From contig OX597820.1 of the NCBI GenBank assembly GCA_951406725.2, forward strand, positions 38,750,001 through 38,814,000: DNA of 64,000 nt, given 5' to 3'. Under the pieces are notes generated by a model. The model saw only the letters and a program-made list of their open reading frames with translations, did not search any database and was not told the origin of the DNA. Positions 14,842 through 29,652 of the stretch are shown in pieces (within the stretch, counting starts at the first letter, position 1; each line of letters opens with the position of its first letter). The position numbers and the translations under genes are program-made. The DNA comes from Octopus vulgaris (Eukaryota).

Positions 14842-15069
14842 ATATTGTTTACATTTGCACGATGGATTCTATTACATAGCGCAGTGACGGCTTAACTCGT
14901 ATTACATCGATTATAATCTATAATTTGTCTGACATACATAGAGATGTATGTGTGTAAGTATAAATTCATGTATGCGCGTGCGTGGATTCAAATCTATTTT
15001 ATTTATATATTCGAACGTATCCAGTTCCACATGTAATATGTTTTCAATAAACGAATCATGTAGTTAACG

Positions 15070-15127
<58 letters not shown>

Positions 15128-15165
15128 CATACATACATACATACATACATACATACATACATACA

Positions 15166-15231
<66 letters not shown>

Positions 15232-15254
15232 TATATACATATATAATATATGTA

Positions 15255-15437
15255 TGTATTTTATTCTTTTATTCTTTTACTTGCTTCAGTCAGCTAACTG
15301 CAACCCTGATGGTGCACTGCTTTTAGTCGAAAAATCGGCCCCAGAACTTATTCTTTGTATGACTAATACTTATATCTGTTGTCAAGCAATGGTGGAGGGA
15401 CAAACAAAGATACAAATACATACACACACACACACAC

Positions 15438-15471
<34 letters not shown>

Positions 15472-15552
15472 TTGCTAAAGGTACAACGTAGTGGGACTGA
15501 ACAGGAAACCATGTGGTTGTGAAGTATGCTTCTTACCATATAGCTACTCCAT
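15255..15552 (-). mobile_element. tRNA-derived SINE (family A), internally deleted
   Basis: Head gtagctatatggtaagaagc...ctgttcagtcccactacg and tail tgactgaagcaagtaaaagaataaaaga on the minus strand. Confidence 0.75.
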
Positions 15553-15553
15553 T

Positions 15554-15622
<69 letters not shown>

Positions 15623-15634
15623 CATATGTATATA

Positions 15635-15677
<43 letters not shown>

Positions 15678-16594
15678 GAGATATAGAGAAATAGAGCGAT
15701 TGATACATAAATAGGTAGATAGATATCTAGAGAGACATATACATATGTGCATATGATTGTGTGAAAATGCGTATGCTTGAGTGATACATATATATATATA
15801 TATGTGTTATTTATTTGTGTATATTAAAACGTTCATGTGCATATAGAACGTTATATGGAGAGGAAGGTGTTTCACATAAACGAATTATCTGATTTTCTGT
15901 TGAGAGTTAATATTATTAACTTGATCAATTTATTCTATTACCTCACAACCAAAGGAGCAACTTAGTGCAGATCAAACATAACAGAACACCTCGTACATAA
16001 CTATAGGAAACTATAGTTACTTGCATTGTTGTATTGTACATAAAAGTTAAGGTACAATATAAAACTAGGTCAAATGATATAGCTCTTCATATAATGAAAT
16101 ATTATGATGTAAGGATACGCAGTATATTCTTTCATATAATGTTAATATACGACAATGTTATGTAACAGGTCAATTCCAATAATAAATATTACAGACTTTA
16201 TGCAATAACTTTAGGTTTTTAACAAAGCGGTACAATTTATATGACCACGTTGTGTAACACCTCAATTTCATTGTAAAAAATCAATCTAGCTCAGTCCAAT
16301 CTCGTCTATAAACGTTCGACAGAATTTTATTCGGCATCCTTATCACTTTTTCATCGCAGAATATTGCAGAAACAAATAAGACTGTAAATTGTATTACTTA
16401 ACGTATCTATAACATAAAAGAACGTCTCAGTTGTATTTCGCCTAGATATACTTTATTCTTGGAGATTAAATATATTTATATACCTTTTATTTGAAAGTTA
16501 ACTAGTTATCGATATTTTCGTGAGTTTTAGCTTTGTGCTTTGTTTGATATTGCCGTTATTTTGTCTCATGGAAATCAGGCTAGACACGCACGCA

Positions 16595-16666
<72 letters not shown>

Positions 16667-17432
16667 AATACAGACGTGTGTGTACATATGTATATAAATA
16701 TATGAATTATAGATATATATTCAAAGTTATAGCATTCGAAATATAACAGAGACGCTTTCCGAAGAACCCAAACACACATACAAATATAATCACACACACA
16801 AGCACAAACGCAGACACACACACACACACACAGAAATGCAGACACAGTATCACAAATACACATATCCAGATGCACATGTCATTATTGCTTCAATTCTTAA
16901 GTAATCTGTATTGTGTATTAAATAGATATTTTATTTAAGCAAATACGAACCGTCAAAATTACAACTATGCAAATTAGGTTACCCACATCAGTGCTGACCA
17001 ATCTTATGGCTATTTGATTATAGCAGTTGATTCACGCTGCTAACTGGGGCAAGGTAATCAACTGAATATTCTCAAGTTTGTAGTTGATAAATTATAAAAC
17101 GGTCTATCAGTAAACACTTTCATCTTTCCGGACATCAATAACATAGAATGATTGTGTTTACTTATTTATTTTATCCACGTGAAGTTTCTCTAATATTTAA
17201 CTTTATTCCAGTTTTTATTTACGATCTGGTGCGCATATCAATGTAACCACATGCGGATTGTTGGCGATTTTTCTCTTTCATCCTTCTTCTCTTTTGGACT
17301 TTCCTGCGTTTACTGTGTTTCCGACAAAGAGCTGTGCTCAAAACCTAAAGCAACAAGTTTCTTCCTTCACCTTTACTATTAATAGATTGCTTGTCCTACG
17401 TCCTCACGCTCGCTTGTTTTCTTTTGACTATA

Positions 17433-17494
<62 letters not shown>

Positions 17495-17635
17495 GTACCT
17501 TACATTATATCGGCACAGCTCAATTCGACCCAAAACGACAGGTATTGCCAGTTGGTAACGTTAGGCTGTAGCCAGAATAATAAAATAGGAGCTTTCAAAT
17601 ACATATTCAAAACGTTTCTCGCAAACGAACTCAAA

Positions 17636-17709
<74 letters not shown>

Positions 17710-17710
17710 A

Positions 17711-17744
<34 letters not shown>

Positions 17745-18749
17745 TGTGTGTCTTTGTGTGTTTGTGTGTGTGTGTACCTGTGGTGTGTATGTATGTATAT
17801 AATAAGAAATAATGAAAACCGACAGATATGTGTGTGCCGCTGTGTGTTCGCGTATCATTGATTTCCATTTTCCAATTAAGCGGCTATTTGTTTGAGTTGG
17901 TAGCTTTAAAGTATTTGACAGCTTTCAAATAACTTCTGGGAACGAAAAACGATGTCGTGGGTTGTGCCGAATAATAGTACATATTCTGATATTTAGATAT
18001 GTTTAGCTACGTTTGCGATCAAAACCTATCAAAATCTACTCGATTTGCTTCTCACGTCGGTTTTATTGAATAATTATCTGTAGTATAGTACTGTTGTTTT
18101 AATCGACTTTTGCGAGTCTGGATTTGTATCATTCCGCTTATATGACGGCTAATTGGAGTCTGAGTATCCATCTCTCTTGATGTAAATATAAATATAGCTA
18201 TATAGAAAGAAAGATAGAAAGAGGTTTATAATATTTTGCACCAGTCCTTACTCTGCAGTCATGTTGAGCAAAGCTGGGCGACTACATATTTCAAGCTGGT
18301 ACTTATTTCATCGATTTCTCTTAATAGAATCGCTATGTTTTATAAAGAATTAAAGTGATAGGAGATGACATTCTGGCTTACAACGGTGAACATAACAAAA
18401 TCACTTAGACGAATACGCAGACAGTCACCACTCTCTCCTTCTCTCTTATTCGTTCTTGCTCTCTCTCTCTCACTGTATGTAAGAACATAACCACATGTAT
18501 CTTTATATAAATATCTATATATTAATGTTTGTTTTTATGTCGCAGTATAGATGAAAGAAGTTTACATTAAAGTAAAGAATTACTCAATACTTTTTTTACA
18601 CTGTATATACTAGTAGACTTTAACAAAAATAGCGATGTGAAAGATTTGGAGGTATCGACCTCCTAGCTTTCATCTAATTGTCTGATAAAGTAGAGCAGAC
18701 CGAAACATGGAAATCGTTGTCAACACTATTCTTGTAAAAATGATATATA

Positions 18750-18963
18750 AATGTTGATATATGTGTATTTTTATATATATATATGTATACATACATACAT
18801 ATATATGTATACATACATACATATATATATGTATGTATGTATACATATATATGTTAGTGAGTGTATTGTATGTATGTATGTATCTCTTTATGTGCATATG
18901 TATATATATGTATATAAATATACATATAAATATATATATATGTATATATGTATGTATGTATGT

Positions 18964-19011
<48 letters not shown>

Positions 19012-19037
19012 GCATGTATGCATGTATGTATGTATGT

Positions 19038-19096
<59 letters not shown>

Positions 19097-19129
19097 CATG
19101 TATGCATATATGTATGTATGTATGTATGT

Positions 19130-19185
<56 letters not shown>
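18750..19185. repeat. Long compound (TA)n/(TATG)n/(CATA)n microsatellite
   Basis: Directly visible. Confidence 0.97.
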
Positions 19186-19188
<3 letters not shown>

Positions 19189-19952
19189 GAATGAGGGTCA
19201 AAGAGATAAAGAGAGATGAGTTTTAGAATTTGTAGCTATTTCATCACAGGCATACTTCATCCGAGTTTGTTCAATGTATTATAAGGGCGCCGCGATACTT
19301 CATAAACACGTCATTATCTCGCATACATGCGTTTGTGTGCAGAACATGACGGAAAGCAATCAAATACGGTAATGCATTTTGCGCTACGTTGCCACACAAA
19401 CACAGATACACAAACACACACGCGCGGGTACACACCCATGTTTGCTCGTACGTGTGCGTGTCGCCTCACGTGTGTGTATGTGAGCATGCGTGTGAACATG
19501 TATGAGATTGCACGCTTGAAATTTTCATATAAGAATCTCATATACTGTATCACTGACAAACTTTACTCAATTACGCTGTAGAACTTCCTTTTTTATTCTT
19601 ATTTCTTTCTTTCAGCTATTGTTCGATATATTGTTTTAAAATTTGTTGCTTCGAGGTATGCAATATTTGCTAGTTTAATTTATTGTACGAATGCACACGT
19701 AAACATACTTGGTGACTTTCGAAATTTGTCGTCGTTGTAGAAAGAGACGTACTATTCGAAGCCGTGTTAACTGTGGTTTAAGGAATCTTCAAACCTGCAA
19801 TTTCTTACTTTTGCTACGTGTTTATGAAGGTCGATTCCCAGCAATGTTCTTTTTATTTAAACCCCACTACATTGCTTCACTAGCAGGTGTCTCTTGGCTT
19901 CAGCAATGCATTATGAGGAAGACGAAACGTGAAATTACGGAAGCCCGTTTTA

Positions 19953-20120
<168 letters not shown>

Positions 20121-21479
20121 TGATTATGTGTGTGTTTGTGTGCGTGTATACATCTTCGTTTGCTACACACTGTTTCACAACTAACGTTAGTTTGCTGGCA
20201 TCTTTACATTTAAATATTTCGACAAATAATGACCAACTTAAAAGATCATGCCGTGAGGTCAATTTGCTCGGCTTAAACCTACGAAGCGCTGGCTGAGCCT
20301 GATCACAGTCCAGTGACTGAAATCAATAAATGAGTTCTAAATAAGCGTATATGTTTACATTTAGATTTTAAAATTTCGATAAATTTTGAAAATGCTTGAA
20401 AATGCTTGAAACTGCTGAACTGAAATTGGGGTCTTTAATCAAAAGGAAGAGATTATTTAACTTAATTTATATGCTTTTATCTATGTCGTGCTGATGATTC
20501 CCCAAAAGAATGGAAAAGCGCTCTACACAGTTAAAAACGACGAGGAATTTTAAGCTCTTTATAATATATAGAAAAAAGTTGATGTGCATATTCTCTATTT
20601 TTTTACTCATAGATTTAAATTTGTAAATTCCAAATCAGCCTCATTTTAATTCAGTATAAAAGGATTGCCACCCCTATGATAGATGACCGTCTGGAGTACA
20701 ACACGTGTAGAGAGTATATTTTTAACACAAAATATGGTATCATTGTTGCAGCCTACAGTGAAGTTGGTAGTGTCAACATTCAAGGCCTGCTATCATAGTA
20801 ATATTTTCACGAGTTTGTTGACAAAATGCTAGGTGCATATGAAATTATTATACGGTGCTTTTGGAGGAAAGAACTTAAAGCATGAATGGGAACATATTAA
20901 TGCTGTAGAGTAAGAAGTAACAACCAGCAATGCAAGGAAATATATTTCTTTTTGCTCAAACATTTTCGGTGTATTCGAGAATAAAATTGCAGGGGCCATA
21001 ACAGATATCTCTCGGTCATGTTTATCTATAACAAACGAAGGGTAGTGTCAGATAAATACCGTACGGATTCGGAATCTAGTGTAGTAACGTGCAAAGGATG
21101 ATGATGATGATGATGATGTAGGTGGTGGTTTTGGTGGTTTTGGTGGTGATGATGATGGCAAAACAAAGCATTTGAAACTGAAGCGAAAGCGAAACAAAAC
21201 TCTCACTTCAGGATTTCGATTATATTTTTAGAATTTTTTTTTTTATATAGAAAACATATGATAGGGGATGTAGATCCCCGTGTATTTGTGCGCTACGCCA
21301 GCTAGAATTTTAAAAATGTATCCAGCTGCTATATTACTTGAAGAAATAAAACTGGGAAAATACATCTAGAACGTACAGATAAATAATAAAAATATTTAAG
21401 TTCTTATTTTAGAATATGCTCATACCACACAGTAATGTAGTAATGAGTAAGTCTGTATATATTTCATTTCCTTATTATT

Positions 21480-22800
21480 AATACTTGTTCCGCTGACATC
21501 GACTTTGCCATTCATCTTTTCGGGGTCGATTAGATTAGTGCCAATTAAGCACTGGAATCGGTGTAATCGACTTAATCTCTTCCCCAAAATGCTTCCCGTA
21601 GAAAGGATTATTATCAATACTTACGAAGACGGCGAGCTGGCAGAATCGTTAGCACGCCGGGCGAAATGCTTAGAGGCATTTCGTCTGCCGCTACGTTCTG
21701 AGTTTAAATTCCGCCGAGGTCGACTTTGCATTTCACCCTTTCGGGGTCGATCAAATAAGTACCAGTTACGTACTGGGATCGCTATAATCGACTTAATCCA
21801 TTTTTCTGTCCTTGTTTGTCCTCAGTGTGTTTAGCCCCTTGTGTGTAGTAAAGAAATAGGTATTTCGTCTGCCATTACGTTCTGAGTTCAAATACCACCG
21901 AGGTCGACTTTACATTTCATCCTTTCTGGGTCGATAAATTGAGTACCAGTGGAGGAATGGGGTCGATGTGATCGACTATCTCCCTCTTCACAAAACTCGG
22001 GTCTTGTGGTTATAGTAGAAAGGCTTATTATTAATAATTACTCAAAGCGGTGAGCAGAGAGAATCGTTAGCACGATGGGCAAAATGCTTAACAGTATTTC
22101 GTCAGTCTGAACGTTCCGAGCTCAAATTCTGCTGAGGTCGACTTTGTCTTTCATCTTTTCCACCAGTGCCAGTTGAACACTGAGATCGATGTAATCGACA
22201 AATCCCTTCCCCTGAAATTGCTGGCCTTGTGCCAAAATTTGAAATCAATAATTATTCAAGGCAGTGAGCTGGCAGAATCGTAGCCTGCTGGACAAAATGC
22301 TTCGTGGCATTTTCTCCGTTTTTCCCTTTCATCGTTTCGGGATCGATAAATTAAGTACCAGTGAAACCCAGGCTGATATAATCGGCTATTTCTCCCCACA
22401 AACGTTCAGGCCTTGTGTACATAGTAGATCAGAATATCAATAATTATTGAAAGGCAGCGAGGTGGTAGAATCGTTAGCACCGCTGATAAAAGACTTCACC
22501 ATATTTTTTTCTGCTTTACGCTCTTAGTTGAAATGACATTGATATCAATTTTGTCTTTCTTCCCAGAGTAGAAAGACTTATTAATAATCATTCAAGGACG
22601 ACGAGCTGGTAGAATCGTTAATTTGTCGGATCAAATGATTTGCAGCAATTCTTCCACTTTTACACTGTGAGTTAAAATCCCACGATGCCATCGTGCTCTT
22701 TCGAGGTCATTAAAATAAGTAACAGTTGAGTCCAATTTAACCGACTTAACCCTTCCCTTAAAACTGCTGGCATGGAGCCTGAATTAGAAACTATAATCAA
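21480..22800 (+). mobile_element. Head-to-tail array of tRNA-derived SINE family B
   Basis: Recurrent head aaggcggcgagctggcagaatcgttagcac near 21626, 22044, 22258, 22451 and 22594; recurrent body gagttcaaattccgccgaggtcgactttg...ttcggggtcgataaattaagtaccagt; units end in ATT-rich tails. Confidence 0.9.
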
Positions 22801-24474
22801 CAATGCCTCCCTTTTTTTTATTATTTCATATCCATTTAATCTTACTAATCCCTTAAAAAAATTAAAATGTAACCTAATATCAATGCTATATGTATGGAAG
22901 ACAAACCTCTCTTTTGGATATGATATTCATGCATGAGTCATTAAAAATATCTAAATGTCTTTTTGTTTTTCATGTGAAAGTCATAGACAGAACTTAACTG
23001 GAAAAATATATCTCATGTGGAGTTAGAATGAAAAAGTGCAAAGTATCACAAAGCACGAACTGATTTCAAATCCTAACAGGTGAAGTTTCGTATTTAATAC
23101 ATTAACCATCTTAGAAATTACTCAACTAGCATACGCAATTGAGTGATATTTAACTCACATTTCAGTCATATTTATGTTATCGCTTACATTACAGTTTTGC
23201 GAAGAGCGAAATTCGTAAAAACCATGTTTAGATCATAAACTGAAATATTATCCTCCTTATTTCTTCTCTCTTACTCCATTTTTCAACTATCCGTATAGTA
23301 GGAAATATGTAGACGCATATAAATAGAACACCAACCCGTATTTCCTGTTCCATACAACACTGCTCTAGGCGCATACACATATATTCATGTATACGAATAC
23401 ACTGTTTTCTATTATTTTATATGGATTAGACTATATTGATGAATATTTGAGTATATACGGGGAATGAGTAAATATATAGACACAGAAAAAAATTGTGAAT
23501 CTTCCCCCGGAGAAAACAAAATATTATTGACATTATTAATGAAAAAGAAAACGGAATTCATAAAATGGAAACAAATGTAAATGCTGCCAGAAATACTAAC
23601 ATTTACACTCAGACACGCTCACACACGCTCACACACGCTCACACACGCTCACACACACAAGAAATATTTTATACAAGCATGCATACACCAGTTCGCATCC
23701 ACGAATATTACTTTACACAAATGCACAAACTCATCATACACACGAACACTCTCTCTTTCTTTCTTTCTTTCTTTCTTTCTCTCTTTTTTTTTTTCTCACT
23801 CACACAGAATTTACAAACACGCGCACACGGCAGACGAGTACACACATTTACATACTCAAACAAGATTCCATGCAATAAAAATTTTAGCTGTTTCAGAAGT
23901 AATTTTTTTTTTTGGTTCTGTTATATTTATAGAGTAAAAGGTCTTAAAAACTATTCTATATTTAGAAAATCTATATTTAGAGAATTGTTGAATATTTTAT
24001 TTTACACTGTGCGAAAAAGAACGATGCCAATGAAGATTATGAAAATGGTGTCAATGAAGGAAGTAAAAAAAAAAGTATTTTTGTGGATATATTTGTTTAC
24101 ATTTATTACATTTTTATTGCCGTGTTGTTGTTGTTGTTGTTGTTGGTGGTGGTGGTAATGTTATCCTCTATCACACCTGGAAGTGAGAACGCAGGAGTTA
24201 AATGGTTTCACCGCTTTGCAAATTTGTACGTGTAGTAAATCAGCTTCAGTTTAGAGTATCAAAAAAAAAAAAAAAGAAAATTAAAAAATAACCTGTACTA
24301 CATACTATCGTTTCTTTCGAGGAAAATTGAAGTTAATACAAGGTAAAGATGTGTTTTTGAACTAAAAGTGTGTTCTGGCAATGCTATAAACCCAAAGGCA
24401 AATTGCATACATATTCACGTGTTTCTTTTAGAGGCGTTGCAGTATCATGATTGAATCCACACTTTATCGAATGA

Positions 24475-24869
24475 CTAGCAGTATCGCCCGGTGTTGCTCG
24501 GGTTTGTTTCGATCCTTTAGAATTGGAATTGTTGAAAAGTAAAAAAAATTCCATTATGTAGCTTGTTATTCTCTTTAAGTAAACATTTTTCTGGTTGAAA
24601 TACACCGAAAAATGGTGACGCAGCAGTCAAAAAATCGTTAAAAAATAGGGATTTTCATAGAAAAAAAAGCAACTTTTTGAAGTAAATACTTTTTGGCGTT
24701 AACATGGTCAGATTTGAATATTTTCTGCTACGAAAGGAAGAGAAAGCCTCCTTCTATCATACTTTCAATTTTGCTCAACCTGTGCCGCAGTGTCTCGGAG
24801 GAGATAGTGTTAGTTGAAGGCTAACAAAGCTGCCGTACACAGACAACTTCAGCTTTATATATGTAGAGA
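24475..24869 (-). mobile_element. Non-autonomous Helitron (395 bp)
   Basis: Minus strand: host A | TCTCTACATATATAAAG ... CCCGAGCAACACCGGG hairpin, CGATACTG, CTAG | host T; canonical 5'-TC, 3'-CTAG, subterminal hairpin and AT target. Confidence 0.85.
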
Positions 24870-24936
24870 TTTACGATGATTCCCCGGGATAAATTAAAGA
24901 TGTAATTAGAATATATATACACATAAATGCACATGA

Positions 24937-24999
<63 letters not shown>

Positions 25000-25139
25000 C
25001 ATACATATGTATATATATGTATATATTCTTGTATATATATGCGTGTTTGTGTGTGCGTGTTTGCATGCGTGTGTGTGTATGTGTGTATTCTTTTACATTT
25101 TAATGTGTTTTAGCCCAAAGGTTCCACCCATACTGGAGC

Positions 25140-27290
25140 ACGATCTGTATTGTCATCTTTTCAATGGCTATTCTTTTGTGACTAGCTTTTGGAGAATGAG
25201 GGAGTTCGATATCGCAGCCCTCTTTTGAGTTTCTTGCGCTGATGTAGGTTCATCAGGGACCCTGAACAGCAGGAGGTCTAGTTGTTTCTTGAAAACATCC
25301 AAGCCTACTCTATGTAGAACTTCTAAGTGTTTGGTAGATATTTTGGTAAGCCGTGGGGGTTTCAATCCCATGCTAATGTTGTACATGGTCATTCACTCTC
25401 GACGGGACCTTTGGAAGAGTGCGGCGATGTCCAGTTTCAGGGCTGGTATAACTTTCGATGTCAAAGGTTGGTGCCAAACACTCTAGGATCTTCCATATAT
25501 ATATCACCCCGTATCTCTTCTGTCTTCGCTCCAGGGAATAGAATCGCGACTCTTTCAGTCTTTCCCAGTAGTTCAGCTTTCCCATTCATGCAGTCTTCCT
25601 GTTATAGAACCGCTGACTTACCTCAAATTCCGCTATTAATATGACTCTGTGGAGTTACCATAGTTTAGATCAGTAGTCCAGAAGGCTCGGTTCAAATATC
25701 CTCCTTAGAACCAGCATAGTTTTTTGTTCCCTTGCTCTGAAAGTTCTCAGAATCCATCCGGGCATTTACCTCCACACAGCTACTATCTTATGATATGTAC
25801 TTGAGTTGGGACGTCGTTGCCCATATCAATCCCCAGATCACTTACTGCACTTGATTCCTTTTGGTACAAAGTATCTTTGTTGTGGCTTATTAGCGCCAAC
25901 TCATAGACAGCATAGGGCTTGAAATTTTCCTGCGTCAAACTGCCTGTTTTTTTTTTTCCGGCTCATTTATATATGGCATCCGTATCTTTTTTGTATAAGA
26001 TTAGCATCAAATGATACCTTGTCTGCTTTTACTACATTTGTGTCGTCGGCATAGCTAGTAAATGTGGATGTCAATGTAACTGATGGTATTCCGAAAAAGC
26101 TACCATAAAGAGCAGCAGCGCCAATACGGTTTCCTGATGCACTCCATTCGCTATTACTGTCACCTTAGAGAGGATCCCATTGGCCGCAACATTCTGGCTT
26201 CTGTCTTTTAAGAAGTCATGTAGCCACTTTCCCACTTTTCCAAGTAAACCGGTAAACCCAATTACCGTAGCTTGTGACATATCATCTCGTGGTCAAGCAT
26301 ATCGAAGATCTTTGTAAATTCGAGATACACCACTTCCACGCTGAGCGATTCATTAATTGTTTCAACAATCAGTTATAATGCTGCAGAAGCCATGCTGGGT
26401 GTCAGGGAGCAAGACATTATCTAGGAACATGATAAACATCCACCTGACCAAGATTTGCTAACAAGTGAGGTTTGAGAGACAGGCCTATAATTTTTAGTAT
26501 CTCCTCCCCTACATCCTTTATGGATAGGATATTGTTTTATTTTTTTAATTTTTTTACTATTTTGATTCGCTTCAGCCATGCGGCTGCAACCATGCGGCTG
26601 CAACCATGCTGGAGCACCAACTTTCTGGTAAGTCTCTTATTTGCAAGGAAGCTTAGAAGTAGATCACTGGTGGTCCTGCTAGAGCCCCCTTTGCATTTTA
26701 TTAAAAAGGATTGTTAGGAGTTTATCAGGGCCTGTAGTTGAGTTAAAGTTCATTTCATTAATGACTGATATTACATGTTACCTCTATTTCGATGTAATCA
26801 ATACTTGTCATCTCTTTGTGGAGAGCTGTGGTGCCAAAGTAATGTCCCAACGAAGTTGTGATTTTCAATTACACATTTAGTATTTCGCTTAGCCTGAGAG
26901 ATACCTGGGTCAGTGTGCCATTATCTTCGAACAATGACCCTATCTTATACCTTACTGAAACAGATTATTTTGCATAACTATAGTAGGCTGTCATTACATT
27001 TTTTACAGCCCATATTTCTTTTTCTGCCCTCTAATTTTCTGAGGTATACTTGTATTCACTTTCAGTCTTAACTAATTTTAGTTTGAGATAAGATTCTTCA
27101 AAATATTTTACTGACTCGTTTAGACAGTTTGAGATAATTGCCCGTCATCTCATTATATTCTTCCGGTTCCCGGGAATTATACTTTTCTGTCGGTTTGACA
27201 TTTTCTCCGGAGCAACTTTACTTCATATGTCATACATGCTTATCATTAAGTGATTTAACTTTATATCAGTATTTTGCGAAGAGAAACTGC
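25140..27290 (-). mobile_element. Degraded CR1-group LINE, reverse transcriptase pseudogene
   Basis: NYRPVSQTS, GVHQETVLALLLF (GVPQG-like), TSYADDT at about 26040-26060, YWERLKESRFYSLERRQKRYGVIYIWKIL; many stops and frameshifts. Confidence 0.9.
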
Positions 27291-27416
27291 TTGGCCAGTT
27301 TACTTCCATGACCTTTCTGAATATCATTCCATATACATACACACACACATACGAATATATGTACTTTTATATATATACATACATACATATTCCATATATG
27401 CATATATATGTATGTA

Positions 27417-27621
<205 letters not shown>

Positions 27622-28371
27622 CTGTATATGTTGTACTATGTTTGGTGTTACGTTAGCACCTGCGCTCGTTGCATTACTGTAAAAGAAAACAAAAACACTG
27701 TTTCTAAGTACACTGTTTATACAAAGAAACCATGCAGCACAGAATGCTGTTTATTGTTCTGATCACAGCATAGTGTGCTTATAGAGGTTATATGTGATTT
27801 CATTGCAACATCCGGTGTTAGCTAAATGTTCATATGTATGCTCTATAGCACATCATATTAATAAAGGAAGACACTGATAGCACAAGAGAAAAACATGTAT
27901 ATGCATGTATATATTTATATATACATGTACGTATGTATATATGTGGTTATGAGCCTGTCGGTATCCGTGAGTCTGCTTGTATATATGGCTATATATAGAT
28001 GTGTGTGTGTGTGTTTGTGTGTGAGTTCATATATGAATACGCTGTTTATTTTGTCCTCTGTAGTCACACCTGGTCCTCCTGCTTCAATGGGATGGCCAGT
28101 TTTTATGGAGAAATCTCACGAGATCTTGTAATTTCATTCTCTGTCACGTCTGTTTCGTGTTCATATCACTTTTCTGTTGCTTTGAAGCGATACAGTCGAC
28201 TAACATCCCAAATGTACTCATCTGCCGAGGCATTCATACGTTGTGATCAGAACAACAAACAGCATTATGTGCCGTATGTTTTGCTTGGCATAAACAGGAT
28301 ACATGTAAAAAGTTCTTTTGTTTGCAAAGCAGGTGCTAGCGTAACTCCAAACGTTGTACAACATATACAGT

Positions 28372-28431
<60 letters not shown>

Positions 28432-28437
<6 letters not shown>

Positions 28438-28655
28438 GGGAGAATTCACAAAAAAAAAAAACAAATGACGAAGACAGGTGGTGTACACAACAAACAGATG
28501 TGTTAGTATAAGACTCGGGAAGTGAAAACGTCTTTAACGTTTCGAGCCTATGCTCTTACATACAAAGGAACACAGAAAGAAACAAGGAAAGAAAATTTAA
28601 AAAAAGACGTGTAGTGTCTAGCGATCTATCATGGCGAATGTCGGATCGATATTTG
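28432..28655 (-). mobile_element. PLE pLTR-like remnant with a degenerate minimal hammerhead
   Basis: Minus strand ccttt-gtatgtaa-GAGC atag GCTC-GAAACGTT-aaaga at 28531-28568; abuts (TA)n. Confidence 0.55.
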
Positions 28656-28659
28656 GTCT

Positions 28660-28766
28660 CCTTTCTTGCAGATATCACATTTGCTGTCTGACTGTGATTT
28701 GTCAGATTTTTTCTAAAGGCATTTTTGCGAGTGGCTATAATTAGCGTTTCTGTCTCTCCTTTCAAT
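28660..28766 (-). mobile_element. R4/Dong-like LINE fragment (post-RT region)
   Basis: LKGETETLIIA resembles the LK.ETE..I.AAQ motif of R4-clade ORFs. Confidence 0.6.
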
Positions 28767-28767
28767 T

Positions 28768-29456
<689 letters not shown>

Positions 29457-29652
29457 CTGACGAAATACTTAGCAGCATTTCGTCCATCTCCAGTTTTTAA
29501 TTCAACTTCCGCGGAGGTCGACTTTGCTTTTCATTCTTTCGGGGTCGGTCACGTAAGTATCAGTTAAGCACTGGTGTCGATGTAAGCGACTAGCCTCGCC
29601 TCCTAAAGTGTTTCAGGCTTTGTGCCTATGATAGAAAGTGTTATTATTATTG
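29457..29652 (+). mobile_element. tRNA-derived SINE family B, 5' truncated
   Basis: cgaaatacttagcagcatttcgtcc...gaggtcgactttgcttttcattctttcggggtcg...gcactggtgtcgatgtaagcgact...ttattattatt. Confidence 0.8.

Noticed and set aside
21270-21306. Second Helitron 3' end (ccccgtg...gctag)
   Set aside because: Hairpin is degenerate, the base after CTAG is not T, and no 5' end was found
21480-22800. CRISPR-like repeat-spacer array
   Set aside because: Whole units of about 200 bp are homologous SINE copies; eukaryotic context and no cas genes
23565-24158. 197-aa ORF
   Set aside because: Low-complexity read-through of CA, TTTC and GTT repeats
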